NCBI GenBank assembly: GCA_036556425.1
Contig: DATBJJ010000025.1
Span: 10,717-74,716 of the forward strand
Reading direction: 5' to 3'
DNA length: 64,000 nt
Origin: Vicinamibacterales bacterium
GTDB lineage: Bacteria > Acidobacteriota > Vicinamibacteria > Vicinamibacterales > 2-12-FULL-66-21
In this document: piece after piece, positions 1 through 9,152 of the stretch
Layout: each line of letters begins with the position of its first letter
Position numbering within the stretch: the stretch's first letter is position 1
Made by a program: the position numbers and the translations under genes
Notes under the pieces: model-generated
Seen by the model: the letters and a program-made list of their open reading frames with translations, nothing else
What the model was told of the DNA's origin: nothing
The model's database searches: none

Positions 1-327
1 GCGTTCGCGAGCTCGGGCTACTTCTCGCGCGGCGCGGTGTTCGCGAGCGGCGCGCTCGAGATCGCTCTGTCGGATCGCACGTGGCTGACCTGCGCGATCA
101 GCCAGTCGCACTCGCTCGAGCGCGACGACCTCAGCACGGCGCTCGGCATCGCGCAAACACGGGCCGACGCGAGCGGCGGACTTGCGTTCCTGCTCTCGCG
201 GAACATCTCCGCGTTCGCGAGCATCGGCCGCACGCTCTCGAGCAAGGATCCCACGAGCGCCTCGGTCTTCCTGGCGGGAGGCATCTCCATTTCGGTCGCC
301 GCCCCAGTCCGGACTAAAAAGAACTGA
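1..327 (+). CDS. Hypothetical protein, 5'-truncated by window edge (possible outer-membrane beta-strand C-terminus)
   Basis: Frame 1 is open from base 1 (AFASSGYFSRGAVFASGALE...) to TGA at 325-327; alternating hydrophobic pattern; no family recognised. Confidence 0.55.
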   Translation, partial: AFASSGYFSRGAVFASGALEIALSDRTWLTCAISQSHSLERDDLSTALGIAQTRADASGGLAFLLSRNISAFASIGRTLSSKDPTSASVFLAGGISISVAAPVRTKKN

Positions 328-367
328 CGGCATTTCGCGGCGGCGGCGGTGCGAGTACAGTGGCGTC

Positions 368-1684
368 ATGTCATGCCTCGCCCGCTCGCTCGTGCTCGCC
401 GCCATTGCCGCGTCAACGCTCGCACCCGCGCAGGCGCCGCCGCTCCTCGTCCTTCTCAACGCGCGCATCGTCGACGGCACAGGTGCGGCGCCGATCGAGC
501 GTGGACGAATCGTCATCAAGGGCGACCGGATCGCGAGCGTGGGTCCGGTCGACGGCAGCGCGCCGCCGGCGGGAGCCGAGACGATCGATCTCGCCGGTCA
601 GACGGTTCTGCCCGGACTGATCGATTCGCACTTCCATATCGAACGCGATCCGAAGCTCGCGCTCAGGCAGTTGAGCAACGGTGTGACGGCGTTTCGCGAC
701 CCCGGGCAGTGGGACGAGATGTTCGAAGGCCTTCGGCGCATGGTCTCCACGGACAAACTGCCGGGGCCGCGCATCCTCACGACCGGCCCGCACATCGACG
801 GCGAGCGTCCCGCCTATCCGGCGGATTCGGTCGTGGCCCGCGACGCCGACGAGGCGCGGCAGTTCGCCGAGCGTGCGGCCGATCAAGGCGCCGCCGCGTT
901 GAAGATTTATTTCCGCCTGCCGTTGGCAAGCGCCAAGACGGTCATCGACGTCTGCAACCGCCGCAAGATTCCGTGCACTGCGCACCTCGAGCTCGTCGAC
1001 GCGCGCGAGCTCTTCGCATACGGACTTCACGGCGTCGAGCACATTACGTCGCTCGGCATCAGCGTCGTTCCGCAAAAAGAGGCCGAGGAGTACAGGCAAG
1101 CCGTGCTTGCCGACAACGACGCGCGGCGCGACGGCCGATATGCGATGTTCGCGCGGGCGAATCTCGATGGTCCGGAAGCGAAGGCCCTGTACGCGACGCT
1201 TCGCGCGAAGAAGCCATGGGTCGATGCGACGCTTGCGGTGTTCGAGCGGCGCACGACTCCCCCGCCGGACGCAAAGCCGGACGCGAAGCCTGATGCAGCG
1301 CAAGCGAAGCTGATCGAGATGCGCGTGGCCGGGTTCGAGAAGATGAAGCAGCTCACCAAGCGAGTGGCCCGCGAAGGCGGCCGCATCGTCATGGGCGGGC
1401 ACTCGAGCGTGCCCTATGCCGCGCGCGGCGAGGCGCCGTGGCGCGAGCTCGAGCTGCTCGTGGAGAGCGGGCTCACTCCGCTCGAGGCCATCACGGCGGC
1501 GACGGGAACCGCTGCCGCGTTCTTCTATCGCAGCGGCACGTTCGGCACGCTGCGGCCCGGACTGCACGCGGATCTCATCGTCACACGCGGCGATCCGAGC
1601 AAGGACATCTCCGCGATCCGCACGGTCGATCGCGTGATGATGGCCGGCAAGTGGATCGACGTCGCGCGCTATCGGGACTACTGA
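368..1684 (+). CDS. Secreted amidohydrolase family protein (metal-dependent hydrolase)
   Basis: Signal-peptide-like MSCLARSLVLAAIAA; NARIVDGTG and PGLIDSHFH (HxH) motifs, LKIY lysine, GTLRPGLHADLI C-terminal strand. Start moved to ATG 368 within ORF 182..1684. Confidence 0.9.
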   Translation: MSCLARSLVLAAIAASTLAPAQAPPLLVLLNARIVDGTGAAPIERGRIVIKGDRIASVGPVDGSAPPAGAETIDLAGQTVLPGLIDSHFHIERDPKLALRQLSNGVTAFRDPGQWDEMFEGLRRMVSTDKLPGPRILTTGPHIDGERPAYPADSVVARDADEARQFAERAADQGAAALKIYFRLPLASAKTVIDVCNRRKIPCTAHLELVDARELFAYGLHGVEHITSLGISVVPQKEAEEYRQAVLADNDARRDGRYAMFARANLDGPEAKALYATLRAKKPWVDATLAVFERRTTPPPDAKPDAKPDAAQAKLIEMRVAGFEKMKQLTKRVAREGGRIVMGGHSSVPYAARGEAPWRELELLVESGLTPLEAITAATGTAAAFFYRSGTFGTLRPGLHADLIVTRGDPSKDISAIRTVDRVMMAGKWIDVARYRDY

Positions 1685-1718
1685 GCCGAACCGGCAACAG
1701 CTCAGCATTAGATAGTCG

Positions 1719-1748
1719 TTGACACACTGAAGTCGGGCAACTTAGAAC
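1719..1748 (+). promoter_or_regulatory. Possible sigma70 promoter of TonB-dependent receptor
   Basis: Perfect TTGACA (1719-1724), 18-nt spacer, TAGAAC (1743-1748); AAGGAGGT RBS before ATG 1767. Confidence 0.35.
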
Positions 1749-1766
1749 GCTGAAGGAGGTCGCGAC

Positions 1767-4700
1767 ATGAGACTCCTCGCAGCGTTTTTGTTTTGCCTGA
1801 GCAGCGCCCCGATCGCCGCGCAGACCACGCTCGCTACGATTCGCGGAACCGTCTACGACCCGCAGAACGGGATCGTCCCCGGCGTCACGGTTGTCGTCAC
1901 CGACGAAGCGACGGGCGTCGCGCGCGAAACGCAGACGGATCTCGAGGGCCTCTTCGAAATCCCGAACCTGCGGCCCGGCACGTACACGATCACCGCGGCG
2001 ATCAGCGGATTCAAGAAAGTGCAGCGCACCGGCGTCGTGGTCCGCGCGGCTTCCGTCATGCGCACCGATCTTCACCTCGAGGTCGGCGGGCTCGAGGATC
2101 TCGTCACGGTGACCGCCGAGGGCCAGAACAACATCACGATCGAGAGCCCGACGATCGCGCGCGGGCTCGACGAGCAGCAGCTTCGCGACCTCCCCCGCAA
2201 CAGCCGCGACGTCCAGGACTTTCTGATCCTCAATCCGAACGTCGTCGCCGGGTTCGACGGCATCCAGTTCCTCGGCGGTAGAACGTACGGCGCATCGTAC
2301 ATTCAAGACGGACAGCCTTCCACCGCCGGAATCTTCGGCGAGCTGTCGAACGCCGCACCGGGCCTCGACGCGATCGCGGAAGTGCAGGTGTTGTCGAACT
2401 CGTACAGCGCGGAGTACGGAGGGTTGGCCGGCGTCATCGTCTCGACCAAGCGCGGCGCGAACAGGTTCCACAGCACCGCCTTCTACGACGTCAATACGAA
2501 CGAGCTGAACGCGCGAACGTACGCGCAGACGCTGAACGGCGTGTCGCGCAGCGATCCCAACGCCGACACGCACGACTACCGCTACGGCGGCAGCCTCGGC
2601 GGACCGATCCACGCGAACAAAACGTTCTTCTTCGCGAACTATGAAGGCAACAAGCGCAAGGAGCTCGGCGGCGGCGCCCTCGCGGTCGTTCCGACCGCGG
2701 CCATGCGGAACGGCGACTTCTCGGGCGCGACGTTCGTCGTCCGCGATCCGCTGACGGGCTCGCCCTTCCCGGGCAACCGCATTCCCACCGAACGTCTCGA
2801 TCCCGCCGCTCGCCGCATCGTCGACTATTTCTACCCGCTCCCCAACCAGACGACGACGTCGAACGGCGGCTTCGGCACGTTCCGCGAGATCCTGGCGCTC
2901 AACCGGATCCGCGATCGGGCGGACGGCCGGATCGATCACGAGCTCACCGGACGCGACTCGCTCTTCGCCCGCCTGAGTTGGCAGCGGCGCGATCCGGACG
3001 CGTTCACGTTCGAGAGCACGGGTGGAAACGGCGGCGGCGGCTTGACGAATCTCGGCCTTCTCGAGCGCGAGTCGCGCGCGATCACGCTCGCGACCGGATG
3101 GACGCGGATCTGGTCGCGCGCGATGGTGAGCGAGATCCGCGCCGGCTACAGCCTGGACGAGCGCAATCGCAGGAGCCATTTGGTGGCGGGCCCGGTCGGC
3201 TCCGAGCTCGGCATCGAGGTCCCGTCGCTCGCGCAGCAGGCGCCGGGATTCCCGACGTTCATGTTCGCCGCGCCGAATCGTCCGTCGGACATTCGCGATC
3301 AGCGCCAGAACACGTTCCGCGATCTGCGGCAATCGTCGATGTCGATCAGCAGCAGCACGAGCTGGCTGTTGGGTGCGCACACGATGCGGTTCGGCGGCAT
3401 CTATTCACGCAACAACGCCGAGGACGGCTATTCGACGGGCGCGAACGAATCGAAGGGCCGCTACGATTTCTCGGGATTCGCGACCGGCAACTCGTTCGCG
3501 GATCTGCTCCTCGGCTTGCCGAACCAGGTGCGCGAGCAGCGCAACACGCGCGGCAATCTGCCGATGGACACGTTCTCGAACGACTGGGCGCTGTTCCTCC
3601 AGGACGACTGGCGCGTCGGCCCGCGGCTCACCGCGTTTCTCGGGCTGCGGTACGAAGTCGTCGGCGTCTTCATCGATCGCAACGACATCTACGCGAACTT
3701 CCTGCCGGCGGACGGCGGCCATCACATCGTCCCGGCGAGCGCGATCGCGGATCTGCTGCCGCCTGGCGCGCGGCGCCTCAACCGCACGCTCACGAGCAGC
3801 GACGTGGGCGTCGGCCGCGGACTGATCAAAACGGATCGCAACAACATCAGCCCGCGCGTCGGCTTCGCGTATCGCGTGGACGAGAACAACAAGACGGTGC
3901 TGCGCGGCGGATTCGGCATCTTTCATCCGACGGGCGCGGCGCAGGGCGCGCGCGACATCATGTCGCGCAATCCGTTCCGCTACATCATCACGAACCGCAG
4001 GCCGACGCTGCAGCGCGGATTCAGCACCGGAACTGTCAGCGAATCTTTGGGCTTCGGCAATCAGGGATTGCAGCTCGATCTCGAGAGCCCGGACATCTAT
4101 CAATACAACGTGACGGTGGAGCGCGAGCTGCCGGGCCAGCTCGGTGCCCGCGTCAGCTACATCGGATCGACGATGAGGAAGCTGCTCGTGCACCGGGACT
4201 ACAACACCGTGCAGGCGAGCGCGGTGCCGCTCCTCAACGTCGACGAAGATCCCGCGTCGCGCGCGAGGCTGCCGTTCCCGCTCTACGGCACGTTCATGGA
4301 CATCACCGAGAATCGCGGCGAAGGGCAATTCAACGCGCTTCAGCTCGAGCTGCAGCGCCGATTCAAGCACGGCTTCGCGGTCAACGCCGCGTACACGCTC
4401 GCGGGCTCGGACAGCAACGCGCCCGACAGCGGCAACAGCACGATTGGCGTCGTCCAGTACGATCCATATGACATCGAAAAAGATCGCGGCCCCGATCCCA
4501 ACGTCGTGAAGCATCGCGTCGTGATGAACGCAACGTGGGACGTGCCATTTGGACGCCAGCGGAAAATGGCGAACGCGCTTCCGATATGGGCTGACGCGAT
4601 CGTCGGCGGGTGGACCGTCTCCACGATCTTCCAGGCGCGCTCCGGACCGAACCTCACGCCGTTCTTCATCTACGGGACCGATCCGATCTACCCGGCCAAC

Positions 4701-5147
4701 ACCGGGCGGAGCCTCGATGGCGTCGGACAATTCGGCGAAGCGTGGCGCCCGGACGTGATCGGCAATCCAAACGTCGGAGGCACGCGCGATCGGTTCTTCG
4801 ACGTGACGGCGTTTGCCGTGCCCGCGCCGGGCACGCTGGGCACTGCGACCAAGGGCAGCGTCAAAGGTCCCGGGACGTGGATCGTGAACTTCGCATTCTA
4901 CAAGACGATCGTCACCACGCGCGGCGTGAACGTCGAGTTCACGGCGCTCCTCGACAACGCGTTCAACCATCCGCAGTTCTTCGTGCCCGCACTGGGGACC
5001 GGGGGGTTCGTCGATCTGACGGACTATTTGCTCGGCGGAAGCGTCAGCAACGGGCGCACCGCCGTCCTGGGCGCGGACACCGTCGGCAACGCCGAAGGGT
5101 TCGCGCCAGGACGCGTCGTTCGGTTTGGATGGAGGATGCGATTCTGA
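1767..5147 (+). CDS. TonB-dependent receptor, Oar-like with N-terminal carboxypeptidase-regulatory-like domain
   Basis: Signal peptide; GTVYDPQNGIVPGVTV domain; plug motif YSAEYGGLAGVIVSTKRG; LQDDWRV/GLRYE barrel motifs; C-terminal Phe; strong RBS. Confidence 0.93.
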   Translation: MRLLAAFLFCLSSAPIAAQTTLATIRGTVYDPQNGIVPGVTVVVTDEATGVARETQTDLEGLFEIPNLRPGTYTITAAISGFKKVQRTGVVVRAASVMRTDLHLEVGGLEDLVTVTAEGQNNITIESPTIARGLDEQQLRDLPRNSRDVQDFLILNPNVVAGFDGIQFLGGRTYGASYIQDGQPSTAGIFGELSNAAPGLDAIAEVQVLSNSYSAEYGGLAGVIVSTKRGANRFHSTAFYDVNTNELNARTYAQTLNGVSRSDPNADTHDYRYGGSLGGPIHANKTFFFANYEGNKRKELGGGALAVVPTAAMRNGDFSGATFVVRDPLTGSPFPGNRIPTERLDPAARRIVDYFYPLPNQTTTSNGGFGTFREILALNRIRDRADGRIDHELTGRDSLFARLSWQRRDPDAFTFESTGGNGGGGLTNLGLLERESRAITLATGWTRIWSRAMVSEIRAGYSLDERNRRSHLVAGPVGSELGIEVPSLAQQAPGFPTFMFAAPNRPSDIRDQRQNTFRDLRQSSMSISSSTSWLLGAHTMRFGGIYSRNNAEDGYSTGANESKGRYDFSGFATGNSFADLLLGLPNQVREQRNTRGNLPMDTFSNDWALFLQDDWRVGPRLTAFLGLRYEVVGVFIDRNDIYANFLPADGGHHIVPASAIADLLPPGARRLNRTLTSSDVGVGRGLIKTDRNNISPRVGFAYRVDENNKTVLRGGFGIFHPTGAAQGARDIMSRNPFRYIITNRRPTLQRGFSTGTVSESLGFGNQGLQLDLESPDIYQYNVTVERELPGQLGARVSYIGSTMRKLLVHRDYNTVQASAVPLLNVDEDPASRARLPFPLYGTFMDITENRGEGQFNALQLELQRRFKHGFAVNAAYTLAGSDSNAPDSGNSTIGVVQYDPYDIEKDRGPDPNVVKHRVVMNATWDVPFGRQRKMANALPIWADAIVGGWTVSTIFQARSGPNLTPFFIYGTDPIYPANTGRSLDGVGQFGEAWRPDVIGNPNVGGTRDRFFDVTAFAVPAPGTLGTATKGSVKGPGTWIVNFAFYKTIVTTRGVNVEFTALLDNAFNHPQFFVPALGTGGFVDLTDYLLGGSVSNGRTAVLGADTVGNAEGFAPGRVVRFGWRMRF

Positions 5148-5156
5148 CCGGAACCT

Positions 5157-7766
5157 TTAGAAATTCAATCCGATCCCGAAATTCACGCTCCGTGGGTTGA
5201 GCGCCATCGTCGGCTGCAGGAAGAACGGCGACGTCATCACGCCGCTGTAGCCGCCGAGATTCTGGCGGTTCGCCAGGTTGTTGATGTTCGAGAACAGCTG
5301 CAGCCGGTAGCGTCCCGCGCCGGGGGGGCCGCCGGCGGCGGGCGCGCCGAATGGGATCGCGTACTGGAACCGCGCGTTCACGTTCGACTGACCCGCCATG
5401 CGCAGCGAGCGCAGGCCGACGCCGGCGGGACGATCGTTGACGATCCCGTCGCGGTTGTCGTCGAAGCCCGTCGTCAGTGTGTAGACGCCGCCGCTGTTCG
5501 CGAACCACGAGACGTTCATCGTGACGTTGCGGAACTGCGTGCTCGTGAGCAGGAGCTGCACGCGGTACGGCGAGTCGGCCGGACCCGGCCCCCAGTCATC
5601 CTCGATGTTCCCCGTCGGCGGCACCGAGAAGAACCCCGCGCTGTTGTTCCGCGCGCGCAGCAGACTGTAGCTCGCGTTCATCGAGAGCCGTCGCCAATTG
5701 AACGGCTTCTGGCTCGCCGCCGGCCCTGGCGTCGCGAGATTGATCGTCGAGTTCACGAACAGCTCGTGGCGGCGAATCTCCGTGTCGGTGACCGTTTCGA
5801 TCACGTTCGCGTATCGCGGATCGGGCCGCACGCCGCCGGCCGGCGCGTTCAAGTTGCGGCCGCGCGGCTGCTGCTGGAGATGGATGTAGTTGTAGAGGAC
5901 ATTCAAGCGCACGCGCGGCGAGAACGCATGATCGACGCCGGCGCTGTAGCGGACGTTGCGCCCCAGCTCGAAGTCGCCGATCGAGTACTTGTTGGTCGGG
6001 GGCAGGAAGCCGAGATCGAGATTCGGATTCGGGTACGGCGCGTTGAGGATCACGAGCTCGCGCTGCTTCTCGCCGTCCTGCCGCAAGGTCTGCTCGATCG
6101 CGAACGACGGCAGGAAGCTGTGGAAGATCCCGGCGCTCGCGCGGAACGTCGTCTGCTTCTGCGGGAACGGCGCCCACGTCATGCCGACGCGTGGATCGAA
6201 CGCGCCCTTGTCGTCGACGCGGTTCTGCAGGCTGTAGCGAACGCCGGGGCTCACCGTCAATCCCTTGCGCACGCGGATGTCGTCCTGGAAATACACCGCG
6301 CCGGTCATGTTGAGATACGTGACCTCCGGATTGCCGAGCGCCTGCGTGTAGACCGCGGCGCGTCCGGCCTCGTAGTCCGCGAGGCTGCTGAACGTATACG
6401 TCCCGAGCGAGTTCGAGCTGTTCGTCGAGCGGAACCACTCGCCGTCGACCTGCACGCCGCCGCGCCACGAGTGGATCCCGCGGACGTAGTCGATGTCCGA
6501 CATGAGCGAGAGCCGGTTGACGTGCACGTCCTGCGTCTGCTGCGCGCCGCCGCTGTTGAACGCGTCCTGCACGATGATCGTCGGCGCGCTGGTCTTCGAG
6601 TACGCCCAGAAGCGCAGCCAGTTGTACGACACGCGCGAGTTGATGAACGATCGGCGGCCGAGCGGACCGGCGAGCTGCGTGCGGATCGTGTTGCCTTTGT
6701 TCTCCTGCGTGAACGCGCGCTCGGGGAGATCGTACGCGCCGATGCCCTGGTTCTCGCGCTTGGCCCAGAATCTGGAGAACCCCACGCGCAGCGTTTGGTC
6801 GCGCGTGACCGCGTGATCCACGACGGCGTTGATGCTGGTGTTCCTGCTCGGCTGGCGGATGCCGAGCGTCTCGGCGCGCGTGCCGTCGGGCAGCGCGACG
6901 TTGAGGATGGGCGACACGTAATTCGTCTGCCCGTTCATTGACGCGTTGAAGCTGGTCTTGCCCTTCACCAGCGTGCCGCCGACGTTGCCGCCGAAGTCCT
7001 TGAACTGCTCCGGCCCTTTCGTCGGCGTGAAGCGGCTGCGGCCCGTCATCGATCCGTCGCGGAGCCCGAAGTTGAATCCGCCGCGCAGCGCGCCGACGCC
7101 GGGCTGCGTCACGATCTCGACGAACGTGCTGCCCGGCTGCGCCGCTTCGGCCGCGAACTGATCGCGGATGACGCGGATCGATTTGATCTGCGCCTTCGGC
7201 GGGAGCTGTTGTCCCTCGAAGCTGTCGACGCGCACGATCGCATCCGGACCGGCAATCTCGTTCAACTGGCGCGAGAGCTCCGACGGATCGTCGGAGAGCG
7301 CTTCGATCTGATCGCGGCTCAGCGAGACGCCGAACTCGGAGGTGCGCCGGTCGGCAGCAATCGCTTGCACGTCGCGGCCGACGGTCACGCTGTCCTCCAG
7401 CTTCGAGAGCGGCAGCACGACGACGTGCTTGCTCTCGCCGGCGGAACGGACGCGAATGTCGCGGAGCAGTCCCATGTCGAATCCGGGAAACTCCGCGCGA
7501 ATGCTGTAGCGGCCTGGGGGAACGCTCTCGAGAATCGCGACGCCCTTGTCGGATGTCTTGATTGGCGCGAGCGCCGCCGGCGCCGCGGCCGGCTCGAGCG
7601 CCACCAGCGTGACCGTCGCGTCCTGCACGATGGCGCCGCTGGGATCGACGACGGTCACTTGCAGCTTGCCAGGCCTCGCGGCCTGTGCGAACAGCGCCGC
7701 GGGCCACAGGCACGCCGCCAGCGCGAAGACACACCTCACCCGTCTTGACGTAAAAAGCCCGAACAT
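5157..7766 (-). CDS. TonB-dependent receptor-like outer membrane protein (short-plug acidobacterial type)
   Basis: Signal peptide; VTVVDPSGAIVQDATV domain; EDSVTV TonB-box-like motif; IEALSDDPSEL; YFQDDIRV/GVRY; ends GIGLNF; GAGGAG RBS. Confidence 0.88.
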   Translation of the reverse strand: MFGLFTSRRVRCVFALAACLWPAALFAQAARPGKLQVTVVDPSGAIVQDATVTLVALEPAAAPAALAPIKTSDKGVAILESVPPGRYSIRAEFPGFDMGLLRDIRVRSAGESKHVVVLPLSKLEDSVTVGRDVQAIAADRRTSEFGVSLSRDQIEALSDDPSELSRQLNEIAGPDAIVRVDSFEGQQLPPKAQIKSIRVIRDQFAAEAAQPGSTFVEIVTQPGVGALRGGFNFGLRDGSMTGRSRFTPTKGPEQFKDFGGNVGGTLVKGKTSFNASMNGQTNYVSPILNVALPDGTRAETLGIRQPSRNTSINAVVDHAVTRDQTLRVGFSRFWAKRENQGIGAYDLPERAFTQENKGNTIRTQLAGPLGRRSFINSRVSYNWLRFWAYSKTSAPTIIVQDAFNSGGAQQTQDVHVNRLSLMSDIDYVRGIHSWRGGVQVDGEWFRSTNSSNSLGTYTFSSLADYEAGRAAVYTQALGNPEVTYLNMTGAVYFQDDIRVRKGLTVSPGVRYSLQNRVDDKGAFDPRVGMTWAPFPQKQTTFRASAGIFHSFLPSFAIEQTLRQDGEKQRELVILNAPYPNPNLDLGFLPPTNKYSIGDFELGRNVRYSAGVDHAFSPRVRLNVLYNYIHLQQQPRGRNLNAPAGGVRPDPRYANVIETVTDTEIRRHELFVNSTINLATPGPAASQKPFNWRRLSMNASYSLLRARNNSAGFFSVPPTGNIEDDWGPGPADSPYRVQLLLTSTQFRNVTMNVSWFANSGGVYTLTTGFDDNRDGIVNDRPAGVGLRSLRMAGQSNVNARFQYAIPFGAPAAGGPPGAGRYRLQLFSNINNLANRQNLGGYSGVMTSPFFLQPTMALNPRSVNFGIGLNF

Positions 7767-7792
7767 GCAGCGCTCCTCGTGTAGTAGTGAAG

Positions 7793-8935
7793 CTACCGCT
7801 GGGGAACCGTGAACTTTCGCGGATCGATCTTGGTGTTCAGCCGGAAGCGATCGAAGGTCGTTTCCTCCGTCGTGTCCGTCCCGATGGCGCGACGCAGTCT
7901 GAAGGGGAATTTCACCCCGTCGACGTCGCGATAGTCAGCGAAATACAAGCGGTACTCGATCGGAGTCGCCTGTGCTTTCGCGCGAAGGCCGATGACTTCC
8001 TTGGAGTATTTGTCCTTCTCCTCCTGCGCCGCGCTCGCCGGAGGCGGCGCCGGAGCGGACACGAGCACGGCGCCAGGCGCCACGGTCTTCGGCGGCGGCT
8101 GTCCGGGCGTCGTGATGATGACGTTGGTCGGCGGCGCCTGCCAGCTCACCATGATCGGCAGGTGCGTGTCGGCATGAATGAACAGGCGGACGGCGAAGTT
8201 GCCCTCCCCTTTGACGTCGAGGACGTCCGCCGTACCTTGCGGCGCCTCGGCGCGCGCCGCGTACGCGAACGTCATCGGAAATGCCGCGAGCGTATTCGCG
8301 AAGAAGCCGAGCGACATGCGCGCGAAGTCCTGCTTCGCCGTGTTGAGCCGCGCGGTCCGCTGCATCTCCGCCATCTGTTCCGGCGTCATCGCCGGCTTCT
8401 GAGGAACCGGCTTCGCGTCCGACGGCGGCTTCGCATCGGACGGCGGCCTCACGTCCGATCCGGGCTTCGCATCCGGAGGCTTCGCGCCCGCGGGCGCGGG
8501 CGGCGGCGGACCACCGGCGCGGCCGCCGGGCGGCGGCGGACCGCCGGCGCGGCCGGCCGGCGGCGCCGGATACTGGATGACCTCGCGTCCGACGAAGCCG
8601 GTGGATGTCGGCTCGCTCTCTTCCGCGGGCACTTCATCCTTGCGCACGTACTTGTCCGGCAGCTCGATCGCGATCTCGAATTCGATCGGAACGAGGTTCT
8701 CCCCGCGCACGCGCCGCGTGCGTCCCGTCGTCAGGATCGTCGACACGCCCGCGAGCGTGTCGCCCCCCATCGCCTTGCGCGCTTCTGCAAGGATTTGCGA
8801 CGCGCGTTCCACCGCAGCGGCGGACGGAGGCGCCGACGGAGACGCGGGAGCGGGCTGCTGCTCGAACGCGTTCGGCAGCATCTGCGCCCAGACGAACACC
8901 AGCGCGTATACGCACACTTTGGTCGGATAGGTCAT
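7793..8935 (-). CDS. Exported hypothetical protein, LolA-like/outer-membrane lipoprotein-sorting-type fold, with Pro-rich inserts
   Basis: ILAEARKAMGG N-terminal helix and YFADYRDVDGVKFPFR...LNTKIDPRKF C-terminus typical of LolA-like proteins; start ATG 8935 has a GGAG RBS. Confidence 0.7.
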   Translation of the reverse strand: MTYPTKVCVYALVFVWAQMLPNAFEQQPAPASPSAPPSAAAVERASQILAEARKAMGGDTLAGVSTILTTGRTRRVRGENLVPIEFEIAIELPDKYVRKDEVPAEESEPTSTGFVGREVIQYPAPPAGRAGGPPPPGGRAGGPPPPAPAGAKPPDAKPGSDVRPPSDAKPPSDAKPVPQKPAMTPEQMAEMQRTARLNTAKQDFARMSLGFFANTLAAFPMTFAYAARAEAPQGTADVLDVKGEGNFAVRLFIHADTHLPIMVSWQAPPTNVIITTPGQPPPKTVAPGAVLVSAPAPPPASAAQEEKDKYSKEVIGLRAKAQATPIEYRLYFADYRDVDGVKFPFRLRRAIGTDTTEETTFDRFRLNTKIDPRKFTVPQR

Positions 8936-8979
8936 GAATCCAGCTCCGGCCTTCCAGTCATGAGACGCCTCCCGCAGAG

Positions 8980-8993
8980 GCATGTTCCATGCC
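8980..8993 (-). promoter_or_regulatory. Putative sigma54 (-24/-12) promoter
   Basis: Minus strand GGCATGGAACATGC has GG-N10-GC spacing, 45 nt upstream of ATG 8935; imperfect palindrome TGTCCGCAATCGAACG at 9100-9115 could be an activator site. Confidence 0.5.
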
Positions 8994-9152
8994 TCGAGGC
9001 CTTTCTGGCGGTTTCTCGCCCTTTTCGCTGTGCTATTTGACGTGACGAGCCGGAAGTCAGTTGGACTTTGGCCGAAAAGTGCTCGACTGTGGGATCTCGC
9101 GTTCGATTGCGGACATTGCCGGAACGTGCCGGAAGTTCATCCGCGCGTTACG

